A stretch of 64,000 nt of DNA from Mustelus asterias. Its lineage: Eukaryota. The stretch covers positions 12,834,001-12,898,000 of the forward strand of contig NC_135808.1 in the NCBI RefSeq assembly GCF_964213995.1. Direction: 5' to 3'. The number at the start of each line of letters is the position of its first letter. Positions within the stretch are counted from its first letter, which is position 1. Under the pieces are notes generated by a model. The model was not told where the DNA came from and searched no databases. It was given only the letters and a program-made list of their open reading frames with translations. Below, one piece after another: positions 36,555 through 48,358 of this stretch. The translations under genes were made by a program, and so were the position numbers.

Positions 36555-39500
36555 AGAACATAGAACATAGAACAGTACAGCACAGAACAGGCCCTTCGGC
36601 CCACGATGTTGTGCCGAGCTTTATCTGAAACCAAGATCAAGCTATCCCACTCCCTATCATCCTGGTGTGCTCCATGTGCCTATCCAATAACCGCTTAAAT
36701 GTTTCTAAAGTGTCTGACTCCACTATCACTGCAGGCAGTCCATTCCACACCCCAACCACTCTCTGCGTAAAGAACCTACCTCTGATATCCGTCCTGTATC
36801 TCCCACCACGAACCCTATAGTTATGCCCCCTTGTAATAGCTCCATCCACCCGAGGAAATAGTCTTTGAACGTTCACTCTATCTATCCCCTTCATCATTTT
36901 ATACACCTCTATTAAGTCTCCCCTCAGCCTCCTCCGCTCCAGAGAGAACAGCCCCAGCTCCCTCAACCTTTCCTCATATGACCTACCCTCCAAACCAGGC
37001 AGCATCCTGGTAAATCTCCTCTGCACTCTTTCCAGCGCTTCCACATCCTTCTTATAGTGAGGCGACCAGAACTGCACACAATATTCCAAATGTGGTCTCA
37101 CCAAGGTCCTGTACAGTTGCAGCATAACCCCACGGCTCTTAAACTCCAACCCCCTGTTAATAAAAGCTAACACACTATAGGCCTTCTTCACAGCTCTATC
37201 CACTTGACTGGCAACCTTTAGAGATTTGTGGATATGGACCCCAAGATCTCTCTATTCCTCCACAGTCTTCAGAACCCTACCTTTGACCCTGTAATCCACA
37301 TTTAAATTTGTCCTACCAAAATGAATCACCTCACATTTATCAGGGTTAAACTCCATTTGCCATTTTTCAGCCCAGCTTTGCATCCTATCTATGTCTCTTT
37401 GCAGCCTACAACAGCCCTCCACCTCATCCACTACTCCACCAATCTTGGTGTCATCAGCAAATTTACTGATCCACCCTTCAGCCCCCTCCTCTAAGTCATT
37501 AATAAAAATCACAAAGAGCAGAGGACCAAGCACTGATCCCTGCGGCACACCGCTAGCAACCTGCCTCCAATCTGAAAATTTTCCATCGACCACCACCCTC
37601 TGTCTTCGGTCAGACAGCCAGTTGCCTATCCAATCGGCCAACTTTCCCTCAATCCCACACCTCCTCACTTTCATCATAAGCCGACCATGGGGGACCTAAT
37701 CAAACGCCTTACTAAAATCCATGTATATGACATCAACTGCCCTACCTTCATCAACACACTTAGTTACCTCCTCAAAAAATTCTATCAAATTTGTGAGGCA
37801 CGACTTGCCCTTCACGAATCCGTGCTGACTATCTCGGATTAATCCGCATCTTTCTAAATGGTCGTAAATCCCATCCCTAAGGACCCTTTCCATCAATTTA
37901 CCAACCACCGAAGTAAGACTAACCGGTCTATAATTACCAGGGTCATTTCTATTCCCTTTCTTAAACAGAGGAACAACATCCGCCATTCTCCAGTCCTCTG
38001 GCACCATCCCCGTGGACAGCGAGGACCCAAAGATCAACGCCAAAGGCTCTGCAATCTCATCCCTTGCCTCCCACAGAATCCTAGGATACATTTCATCAGG
38101 CCCAGGGGACTTATCGACCTTCAGTTTATTCAAAACTGCCAAGACATCCTCCCTCCGAACATCTATTTCCTCCAGCCTATTAGCCTGTAACACCTTCTCT
38201 TCCTCAAAAACATGGCCCCTCTCCTTGGTGAACACTGAAGAAAAGTATTCATTCATCACCTCGCCTATCTCTACTGACTCCAGACACAAGTTCCCACTAC
38301 TGTCCTTGACCGGCCCTAACCTCACCCTGGTCATTCTTTTATTCCTCACATAAGAGTAAAAAGCCTTGGGGTTTTCCTTGATCCGACCCGCCAAAGACTT
38401 CTCATGTCCCCTCCTTGCTCTCCTAAGCCCCTTTTTCAGCTCATTCCTTGCTAACTTGTAACCCTCAATCGAGCCATCTGAACCTTGTTTCCTCATCCCT
38501 ACATAAGCTTCCCTCTTCCTTTTCACAAGACATTCCACCTCTTTTGTGAACCATGGTTCCCTCACTCGGCCATTTCCTCCCTGCCTGACAGGAACATACC
38601 TATCAAGGACATCCAGTATTTGTTCCTTGAAAAAGTTCCACTTTTCATTAGTTCCTTTCTCTGACAGTTTCTGTTCCCAACTTATGCCCCCTAATTCTTG
38701 CCTAATCGCATCATAATTACCCCTCCCCCAATTGTAAACCTTGCCCTGCCGTACGGCCCTATCCCTCTCCATTGCAATAACAAAAGACACCGAATTGTGG
38801 TCACTATCTCCAAATTGCTCTCCCACAACCAAATCTAACACTTGGCCCGGTTCATTTCCCAGTACCAAATCCAATGTGGCCTCACCTCTAGTCGGCCCAT
38901 CCACATATTGTGTCAGGAAACCCTCCCGCACACACTGCATAAAAACTGCCCCATCCAAACTATTTGACCTACAAAGGTTCCAATCAATATTTGGAAAGTT
39001 AAAGTCCCCCATGACAACTACCCTGTGACCCCCACACATATCCATAATCTGCTTAGCAATTTCTTCCTCCACATCTCTATTACTATTTGGGGGCCTATAG
39101 TAAACTCCTAGCAACGTGACCGCTCCTTTCCTATTTCTAACTTCAGCCCATATTACCTCAGTGTGCAGATCCCCCACGAAATGCCTTTCCGCAGCCGTTA
39201 AACTATCCTTGATTAACAATGCCACTCCTCCACCTCTTTTACCAGCTTCCCTACACTTAGTGAAACATCTATACCCCGGAACGTCCAACAACCATTCCTG
39301 TCCTTGTTCTACCCACGTCTCCGTAATGGCCACAACATCGTAGTCCCAAGTACCAATCCACGCCCCAAGTTCATCTACCTTGTTCCGGATGCTCCTTGCA
39401 TTGAAGTAGACACACTTCAACCCACCTTCCTGTCTACCAGTACCCACCCTTGACCCTGATACCTTCCCCAATACCTCACCACCCTCACTGACTTCTGGAC

Positions 39501-40219
39501 TACAACTCCCTTTCCCACTCCCCTGACAAATTAGTTTAAACCCCCCTGAAGAGCCGTAACAAATTTCCCTCCGAGGATATTGGTGCCCCTCTGGTTCAGG
39601 TGCACCCCGTCCTGTTTGTACAGGTCCCACCTTCCCCAGAACGTGTTCCAATTATCCACGTATCTGAAACCCTCCCTCCTACACCATCCCTGCAACCACA
39701 TATTTAACTGCACTCTCTCCCTGTTCCTCAACTCGCTATCACGTGGTACCGGCAACGTACCAGAGATGACCACATGTTTCGTCTTGGCTCTCAGCTTCCA
39801 GCCCAGCTCCAGAAATTCCTGCTTTAAATCCCCGTCCCTTCTCTTACCTATGTCATTGGTACCAATGTGCACCACGACTTGTGACTGTTTCCCCTCCCCC
39901 TTCAGAATCTGGAAAACACGGTCTGAGACATCACGGACCTTGGCATCCGGTAGGCAACATACCATCCGTGAGTCTCTTTTGCTGCCACAGAACCTCCTAT
40001 CTATCCCTCTAACTAACGAGTCCCCAATAACTATCGCCCTCCCGCTCTCCCCCTTTCCCTCCCGAGCCACAGAGACGGACACAGTGCTGGAGATCCTCTC
40101 ACTGCGGCTCCCCACTGGTATGTCATCCCCCTCAACCGTATCCAAAGCGGAATACTTGTTGCTAAGGGGAACGACCACCGGGGATCCCTGCATGGACTGC
40201 TTCCTCCCAGCCCCTCTCA
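36555..40219 (-). mobile_element. Nested near-full-length CR1: ORF1 esterase part plus ORF2 with two in-frame stops
   Basis: ORFs 39531-40193 (GDSLVRG, HIGTND, DGVHLN), 37696-39651, 37252-37677 and 36637-37203; the last three share one frame. Confidence 0.96.
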
Positions 40220-40723
40220 GAGAGCATTGTCAGAAGCTACAGAAGTATATAGATAGGCTGGAAATTTGGGCAAAGAAATGGCAGATGGAGTTCAATCCTG
40301 ATAAATGCGAAGTGATGCATTTTGGTAGAAATAATGTAGGGAGGAGCTATACAATAAATGGCAGAACCATAAAGGGTGTAGATACGCAGAGGGACCTGGG
40401 TGTGCAAGTCCACAGATCCTTGAAGGTGACGTCACAGGTGGAGAAGGTGGTGAAGAAGGCATATGGCATGCTTGCCTTTATAAGACGGGGCATGGAGTAT
40501 AAAAGTTGGGGTCTGATGTTGCAGATGTATAGAACGTTGGTTCGGCCGCATTTGGAAGACTGCGTCCAGTTCTGGTCGCCACACTACCAGAAGGACGTGG
40601 AGGCTTTGGAGAGTTTACCAGGAGGTTGCCTGGTATGGAGGGGCTTAGTTATGAGGAGAGATTGGGTAAACTGGGCTTGTTCTCCCTGGAAAGACGGAGG
40701 ATGAGGGGAGACTTAATAGAGGT

Positions 40724-43700
40724 TGATGCACCTCAATGAGCACCCGGAAACAAGGCTTTAGAACTGAAGGCTTTAATACATTAACAATGAAACTACTAAC
40801 ACAAATTCACCCGTTCAGACTGAAGGGGTCCTGCCGGAGCAGGGGGTCTTATACCCTGCCACCGGAGGCGGGACCCCACTGGAGTGTGCCATGATAACAC
40901 TTGGGACAGGTAAACACCCTATCCCAACAACATAGTACAACCCCCATAACAACAACAATAACAACCCCAGTGGTGAACCAACGATGGTTCACCACATTCA
41001 CCCCTCCTTTAGGAACCAAAGGTGGCGGGGTGGATGAAAACAGACAATGACAAAAAAAATAACAGGATTCACAAGTCCAGACGGTCTGGAGGACCACACC
41101 GACGCTGCGATCTTCTCAACACCGGTTGCGAAACCGGAGCAGGTGCTTGCGGTGGCTCTCTCAAAGCAACATCTGGCTGTCCCCTCAAAGACTCCCGGGC
41201 CGGCCGGCCCTGATGAGGCGATGGTGTAGGGGATCCTGGAACGTTTGGTGGTGGTGGTGGTGGTGATGATGGTGGCGCCGATCTCCGAGTCTCAGGCAAG
41301 CTGTACATGGGAGTAAAAGTGTTATGCACTGGTCCCGGTGCTGACCGCGCCACGTCTGGGGAAGTAATGAGGAGTAGTGGATCTGTGACTGGGGGAATAG
41401 GAGCGACAGGAGTTGCTACGTCCCCTGCGGGCGCCAGGTCTCTAATGGAGACAGTGTCCTCTCGCCCGTCAGGATATGCCACATAGGCATACTGAGGGTT
41501 GGCGTGGAGGAGTTGGACCGGTTCGACCAAGGGGTCGGACTTGCGAGCCCTCACATGGCGCCGCAGAAGGACGGGTCCTGGGTACGTCAACCAGGCTGGC
41601 AATGAGGTCCCCGAGGACGACTTCCGAGGGAATGAGAACATCCTCTCGTGGGGAGTAGCATTGGTTGCCGTACACAGGAGGGAGCGGATAGAATGGAGCG
41701 CAGTTGGAAGGACCTCCTGCCACCGGGAGACTGGAAGGCCCTTGGATTTCAGTGCCAGTAGGACAGCCTTCCAGACTGTAGCATTCTCCCTTTCCACCTG
41801 TCCGTTACCCCTAGGGTTGTAGCTCGTGGTTCTACTAGAGGCAATCCCGAATGAGAGCAGGAATTGCCTCAAGTCGTTGCTCATGAACGACGAGCCCCTG
41901 TCGCTATGAATATAGCAGGGGTACCCGAACAGGGTAAAAAGCTCACTGAATGCCTTGATGACGGTGGCAGTCGACGTGTCCGCACAGGGGAAAACAAACG
42001 GAAACCGGGAAAATTCGTCTATTATGTTAAGAAAATAGACATTCCGATCCGTTGAGGGAAGGGGGCCCTTAAAATCTACACTCAGCCTCTCAAAAGGGCG
42101 AGTGGCCTTGACCAAATGTGCCCGGTCTGGTCGATAAAAGTGTGGTTTGCATTCTGCGCAAATCCGACAACTTCTAGTAACTGACCTGACCTCCTCCACC
42201 GAGTAGGGTAGGTTGCGGGCTTTTATGAAGTGGTAGAGTCTGGTGACTCCAGGATGACACAGATCATTGTGGAGAGCCTTCAAGCGGTCCTCCTGCATGA
42301 TGGCGCATGTTCCGCGCGAGAGGGCATCCGAGGGCTCATTGAGCTTCCCTGGACGATACATAATATCGTAATTATAGGTGGAGAGCTCAATTCTCCACCG
42401 CAAGATCTTATCGTTCTTGATCTTGCCCCTCTGCGTGTTACTGAACATAAACGCCACGGATCGTTGATCCGTGATCAGGGTGAACCGCTTACCTGCCAGG
42501 TAATGGCGCCAGTGTCTGACTGCCTCCACAATGGCCTGAGCCTCCTTTTCCACCGCTGAGTGCCGAATCTCTGGGCCTTGAAGGGTGCGGGAAAAAAACG
42601 CGACGGGCCTGCCTGCCTGGTTTAGTGTGGCGGCTAGGGCGAAGTCCAATGCATCACTCTCCACCTGGAAAGGGATGGATTCATCCACCGCGTGCATCGT
42701 GGCTTTCGAGATGTCGCTTTTCAAAACCTTGAAGGCCAATTGGGCCTCCGGCGTAAGTGGGAAGGTCGTGGACTTAATGAGCGGACGAGCTTTGTCCGCG
42801 TAGTTGGGGACCCACTGTGCACAATACGAAAAGAACCCGAGGCATCTCCTCAGTGCTTTCGTGCTAGCGGGCAAGGGAAGTTCAGTGAGTGGGCGCATAC
42901 GGTCTGGATCAGGGCCAATGACCCCGTTTTCCACCACGTATCCGAGGATGGCTAACCTACGCGTACGGAATACGCACTTTTCCCTGTTATAGGTCAGATT
43001 CAGGCGAGATGCAGTGCGTAGAAAGTGTTGGAGATTCGTGTCGTGGTCCTGCTGGTCATGGCCGCAGATGGTGACGTTATCCAGGTACGGGAAGGTAGCC
43101 CGCAACCCGTTCTGGTCCACCATTCGGTCCATAGCACGCTGGAAGACCGAGACCCCATTGGTGACACCAAATGGAACCCTGAGGAATTGGTATAGACGAC
43201 CATCCGCCTCAAAAGCCGTATATTGTCGGTCCTCTGGGCGGATGGGGAGTTGATGGTAGGCGGACTTAAGGTCTATGGTAGAAAACACTCGGTACTGCGC
43301 AATCTGATTGACCATATCAGAAATGCGCGGGAGAGGATACGCATCCAGCTGCGTGTATCTATTAATGGTCTGACTATAGTCGATGACCATCCGAGGTTTG
43401 TTCCCGCTTTTGACTACCACGACCTGCGCTCTCCACGGACTAGCACTGGCCTGTATGATCCCTTCCTTGAGGAGCCGCTGAACCTCAGATCTAATAAAGA
43501 TCCGGTCCTCAGCGCTGTAACGCCTACTTTTAGTAGCGATGGGCTTGCAGCCAGGTACCAGATTTTTAAAAAGGGATGGTGTCGTGATCTTCAGGGTGGA
43601 TAGATTGCACGCGGGGCGTTTTGGGCAATTTGGAGGCTGCGGCTGGCTCCCTACGGCCAGTGAAGGGAGTGGCCCACCGTACTGTAGGATCACACTCTTC

Positions 43701-45401
43701 ATGTGGACCATAAAATTTAGTCCGAGGAGAATTGGCGCGCAAAGGTGAGGTAACACAAGGAGCCTGTATTGCTCGTAAACTGTGCCCTGTACCTCAAGAG
43801 TTACCATACATCGTCCTTGGATCGGTACAGACCGGGACTGTGATGCCATGGAAATTGTCTGCTTGGCAGGGAGAACCCGGAGTCCACACCTTTTAGCAGT
43901 TTCAGGGTGTATGAAACTTTCGGTGCTCCCACTGTCAAACAGACAATTTACAGTTCTGCCACTAACCTTTACCTCCATCATGGAATGTTCCAGTCTGTAA
44001 TGCCTGGTCTGATCCAGAGAGATCGACGCCACCGTTGGCCCCTGGGTGTCACTGCATGCTGCCGATGTGGATGCTGAGGACCCCTGCTGGTCGCTGCTGC
44101 ATGCTGCCGATGTGGATGCTGAGGACCCCTGCTGGTCGCTCCTAGTCGTCGTGGACCATGATGGCCGCCCCCATGAATCGCATGTGGCCGAGGGCTCCAA
44201 GCGCAGCGACTCCTGGTGGTCTTCCTCCTCCTCTGTTTGCCACGATGGCGCCGTCCTGAGATCGCACGTGGTCGGACCTCGTGGGTACTGCGACGCCGAA
44301 GGAGATTGTCTCCGTTCTGGAGGGTTACAAGCTGCACTGCCGTTTTTAGGTTTGGACCTGCAGACTTTGCCGTAGTGGCCTTTTTTACCGCACTGGCTGC
44401 AGATTGCCGTTCTTGCCGGACACTGCTGCCGTGGATGCTTGGCCCCACCGCAAAAATAGCATCGCTGGCCCCCTGGAGCTGCCGCCGTCGTCGAATCGAT
44501 CTGGGAGCGCGGGTTCGCGGGGCGAGGAGGGAGCAGAGCTTGCTCCAACCACGTTGACTGCACGTGGTCCTCGGGGTACAGCGCCAAGCTCTTCGACGCC
44601 GCCTCCAACCTCACGGCCATCCCCATTGCCTGGGTCAAGTTGAGTTTCCCCTTTTCTAATAATTTAAGTCTGATGTACGAGGACCCTACCCCTGCTACGA
44701 ACGCATCTCGGGCGAGGTCTTGCATGTACTGCTCGGCGGAGACGTCCTTACAGTCACAACCCCTGGCAAGCTGCAGGAGTTCATTGGCGTAGTCTTCTAT
44801 GGTCTCGCCCGACTGCCGACGTCGTGTAGCGAGGAGATAACGAGCGTGAATCTCGTTGGGTGGCGTAATGTACCTATTCTTTAGGAGCTCGACGGCACCC
44901 TGGTAAGTGGAAGCTGCACGAATGGCTAGGTAAATCGTGTCGCTTACCCTTGCGTGGAGGACCTGGAGTCTATCACTGTCTGTAGTGATAGCTACCGAGG
45001 CTGCCAGGTAGTCCTCAAAGCACTTCCACCAATGTTCGAACGTGTTAGCTGCACCGACCGCACGTGGGTCCAGTGTCAGACGATCCGGTTTTAGGATCTG
45101 TTCCATATTCTCAGTTAATGTATTAAATTGATGCACCTCAATGAGCACCCGGAAACAAGGCTTTAGAACTGAAGGCTTTAATACATTAACAATGAAACTA
45201 CTAACACAAATTCACCCGTTCAGACTGAAGGGGTCCTGCCGGAGCAGGGGGTCTTATACCCTGCCACCGGAGGCGGGACCCCACTGGAGTGTGCCATGAT
45301 AACACTTGGGACAGGTAAACACCCTATCCCAACAACATAGTACAACCCCCATAACAACAACAATAACAACCCCAGTGGTGAACCAACGATGGTTCACCAC
45401 A
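40724..45401 (-). mobile_element. Full-length Ty3/Gypsy LTR retrotransposon
   Basis: 273-bp TG...CA LTRs at 40724-40996 and 45129-45401 (identical by eye), TSD GAGGT (40719-40723 and 45402-45406), PPT AAAGGAGGGGTGAA at 41010-40997, single gag-pol ORF. Confidence 0.97.
41069..45106 (-). CDS. Gypsy Gag-Pol polyprotein (two CCHC knuckles, protease, RT, RNase H, integrase), about 1345 aa
   Basis: ATG at 45106 (MEQILKP); CYFCGGAKHPRQQC, CSQCGKKGHYGKVC, LFDSGS, YLDN, ESDAL/EKEA/TDQ, HHCC, VDFKG-SDRG-VERE. Confidence 0.95.
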   Translation of the reverse strand: MEQILKPDRLTLDPRAVGAANTFEHWWKCFEDYLAASVAITTDSDRLQVLHARVSDTIYLAIRAASTYQGAVELLKNRYITPPNEIHARYLLATRRRQSGETIEDYANELLQLARGCDCKDVSAEQYMQDLARDAFVAGVGSSYIRLKLLEKGKLNLTQAMGMAVRLEAASKSLALYPEDHVQSTWLEQALLPPRPANPRSQIDSTTAAAPGGQRCYFCGGAKHPRQQCPARTAICSQCGKKGHYGKVCRSKPKNGSAACNPPERRQSPSASQYPRGPTTCDLRTAPSWQTEEEEDHQESLRLEPSATCDSWGRPSWSTTTRSDQQGSSASTSAACSSDQQGSSASTSAACSDTQGPTVASISLDQTRHYRLEHSMMEVKVSGRTVNCLFDSGSTESFIHPETAKRCGLRVLPAKQTISMASQSRSVPIQGRCMVTLEVQGTVYEQYRLLVLPHLCAPILLGLNFMVHMKSVILQYGGPLPSLAVGSQPQPPNCPKRPACNLSTLKITTPSLFKNLVPGCKPIATKSRRYSAEDRIFIRSEVQRLLKEGIIQASASPWRAQVVVVKSGNKPRMVIDYSQTINRYTQLDAYPLPRISDMVNQIAQYRVFSTIDLKSAYHQLPIRPEDRQYTAFEADGRLYQFLRVPFGVTNGVSVFQRAMDRMVDQNGLRATFPYLDNVTICGHDQQDHDTNLQHFLRTASRLNLTYNREKCVFRTRRLAILGYVVENGVIGPDPDRMRPLTELPLPASTKALRRCLGFFSYCAQWVPNYADKARPLIKSTTFPLTPEAQLAFKVLKSDISKATMHAVDESIPFQVESDALDFALAATLNQAGRPVAFFSRTLQGPEIRHSAVEKEAQAIVEAVRHWRHYLAGKRFTLITDQRSVAFMFSNTQRGKIKNDKILRWRIELSTYNYDIMYRPGKLNEPSDALSRGTCAIMQEDRLKALHNDLCHPGVTRLYHFIKARNLPYSVEEVRSVTRSCRICAECKPHFYRPDRAHLVKATRPFERLSVDFKGPLPSTDRNVYFLNIIDEFSRFPFVFPCADTSTATVIKAFSELFTLFGYPCYIHSDRGSSFMSNDLRQFLLSFGIASSRTTSYNPRGNGQVERENATVWKAVLLALKSKGLPVSRWQEVLPTALHSIRSLLCTATNATPHERMFSFPRKSSSGTSLPAWLTYPGPVLLRRHVRARKSDPLVEPVQLLHANPQYAYVAYPDGREDTVSIRDLAPAGDVATPVAPIPPVTDPLLLITSPDVARSAPGPVHNTFTPMYSLPETRRSAPPSSPPPPPPNVPGSPTPSPHQGRPARESLRGQPDVALREPPQAPAPVSQPVLRRSQRRCGPPDRLDL

Positions 45402-45849
45402 GAGGTGTATAAAATTATGAAAGGCATAGATAGGGTGAACGGTGGGAAGCTTTTCGCCAGGTCGGTGGTGACGTTCACGAGGGGTCATAGGTTCAAGGTG
45501 AAGTGGGGGCGGTTTAACACAGATATCAGAGGGTGGTGGGGGCCTGGAATGCGCTGCCAGGCAAGGTGGTGGAGGCGGACACACTGGGAACGTTTAAGAC
45601 TTATCTAGACAGCCATATGAACGGAGTGGGAATGGAGGAATACAAAAGAAAGGTCTAATTTGGACCAGGGAGCGGCACGGGCTTGGAGGGCCGAAGGGCC
45701 TGTTCCTGTGCTGTATTGTTCTTTGGTATATGCTAATTTCTTGTAACTGGACCTTAACTATAAATGTCTGTTTAATCCTTGGATTGAAGTTCCTCCTGGT
45801 GAACCACTATTTATCTCTTAGTTCATGGGATGTGGGTATGGGCCTCGAG

Positions 45850-45995
45850 ACCAGGCAATATCCTGGTGAACCTTCTTGCACTCTCTCCAAAGCTTCCATG
45901 TCCTTCTGGTACTGTGGCGACCAGAAATGCACGCAATACCCCAAATGCGGCCTAACTAAGGTTTTATGTAGCTGCAACATGATTTGCAATTTGCC
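45850..45995 (-). mobile_element. CR1 fragment
   Basis: LVRPHLGYCVHFWSP motif. Confidence 0.8.
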
Positions 45996-47359
45996 ATTTG
46001 AAGTATAACAAACTAAAGGAATATAATAACTGTAACAGATGGCAGGATTTGGGTAACTATTACAGGAATAACTGTGGAATGGAAAACAGGTATACATGTG
46101 ACTCCAGATCCACAGCAATGAGGTTGACTCTTTAACTGCTCTCTGAAATGGCTTAGCAAGCCACTCAGTTCAAGGGTAACTAGTGATGGGCAAAAAAAGC
46201 TGACCAGTCAGCAATGCCCATGTCCCACGAATGAAGAAAAAAAATTGTTCTTGAACTGGATGGCTAGGCCATTCCTGTGGATCTGGGGTCACATGTAGAC
46301 CAGACAAGGCAAGAATGGCAGATTTCTTTCCCGAAATGACTTAAGTGAACCAGATTCCAGATCCCTGTTGAAGTTGGGTCCCTGGGGCATTATTCTAGAT
46401 CTCCAGATTACTAGTCCAGTGACATTGCCCCCATGCCATCACCTCTCCTGCATTCTCTAGTAGTAAAGAATAAACGTTAAGGAATATGAAAGTTCTATGT
46501 ATTTCAGATTTAGGGACAATAAAATGTTAAAATCATTAAAAAAATAGTGATAACATATAAACCATTTTATCAGCACAGATGAAGTAGTCACTGAAATATC
46601 CTCACTGTTGAGTAAGCTCGATACAAAAAATTCAAATGAGATTTGGTATGGAAGATGGAAATCTTATACTTATACCTTAAATAATCGGGTCATTATTGTA
46701 ACACCTGAACATTTTTAATTAGTGTTAAAGAAGTGTCGACGATATCAGGGCAGAGGTGTTTAAAAGGAAATTAGGGAGTGGTTATAAAATTTAAAATTTA
46801 CATTGGCAGTTTGCTCCATTTATCTTGTATTAGTGTAAAAATTATTCGAAAGGATGTAGGGGTTTGGATGATGAATATATTAAACTTATCGATTTTCCCC
46901 AGACATAAACATAGAATCCCTACAGTGCAGAAGGAGGCCATTCGGCCCATCAATTCTGCACTGACCACAATCCCACCCAGGCCTCATCCCCATAACCCCC
47001 CATATTTACCCTGCTAATCCCCTGACACTAGGGTCAATTCAGCATTGCCAAGCAACCTAACACACACATCTTGCTAACTACTGTGCCACCGTGCTGCCCC
47101 GGCATTTTACCATTCAAGTTTTTATCGTAAACCTTAAAGCAGTCTAGTATTAACATTAAACATTTTTATTCTGGGCAATGCAGCAATACATAGTGTTTAA
47201 TATTGCAATTTAAATCCTCTGTATAAATGCAGCACTTTCAGTATTTACCCTGTTCTCTCATTTTACGCCCAATTTGCAATTGCACTTTTTGCAATTAGAT
47301 AAGGGAAAATTGGTGATAAAATTTTAATTGGCATCAAACGCTAGGCTATTAATTTAATC

Positions 47360-48060
47360 ACATAGAAAAATAGAAACTAGAAGCATGAGTAGGCCATTCT
47401 GCTCTTCAACCTGCTCCGCCATTCATTTTGATCATAGCTGATCATCAAATTCAATATCCTGATCCCCCATTTCCCCCATATCCCATGACCCCTTTAGCCC
47501 CAAGAGCTATATCTAATTTCTTCTCGAAACTTTTGGCCTCAACTACTTTCTGTGGTAGTGAATTCCACAGATTCACCACTCTCTGGGTGAAGAAATTTCT
47601 CCTCACCTCAGTCCTAAAAGGTGTGCCCCTTATCCTCAAACAATGACCCCTAGTTCGAGACTCTCCCACCATTCAGCAACATTCTTTCTGCATCTACCCT
47701 GTCTAATCCGGTTAGAATTTTATAAACTTCCATGAGATTCCCTCTCACTCTCCTAAAATCCAATGAATATAATCCTAACTGACTAAGTCTCTCTTCATAT
47801 GACAGACCTGCCATCCCAGGAATCAGCCTGGTAAACTTTTGCTGCACTCCCTCTAAAGCTAAGACATCCTTCCCCAGATAAGGACACCAAACCTGTACAT
47901 AATACTCCAGGTGTGGCCTCATCAACGCCCTATACAATTGCAGCAAGACATCCCTATTCCTGTACTCAAATTCTCTCGCTATAAAGGCCAACATACCATT
48001 TGCCTTCTTTACTGTACCTGTGTGCTGACTTTCAGTGACTGATGCACAAAGGGACCAAGG
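47360..48060 (-). mobile_element. CR1 3' fragment
   Basis: ORFs 47650-47994 and 47451-47672. Confidence 0.9.
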
Positions 48061-48358
48061 TGTGCATGTTGCCTACAAGGAGAGAGATTATTTAAATTGC
48101 CCTACTGAATGTTAAACAGAGCATAGTTTAGAATAAATAATTCTTGATAAGTTCTGCCTGCAGCTAACACTATTGGTATGCATTTTGCTCAATACTGGAA
48201 CACATCCATATTTCCTTACAAATTACATTTGAACAGCAAAATGAAAGCATAATTTCATTTCATATTATTCTATAATAATATGGGAAGTGTCCATTTACCA
48301 AAGTTTCAGACACCAGATGCATTTCTAACTTGCCACCTATATTTAAACCAATACTTAC

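Larger units (their letters stand above)
36357..45725 (+). mobile_element. 5'-truncated CR1 host element split into 36357-36554, 40220-40723 and 45402-45725 by nested insertions
   Basis: RT reading is collinear across the pieces ([13 protein letters not shown] / EHCQKLQ...RGDLIE / VYKIMKG); same subfamily as 52500-53200. Confidence 0.92.

Noticed and set aside
39580-40704. 374-aa plus-strand ORF
   Set aside because: Antisense of the nested CR1 ORF1 fused to the host CR1 RT at the insertion junction.
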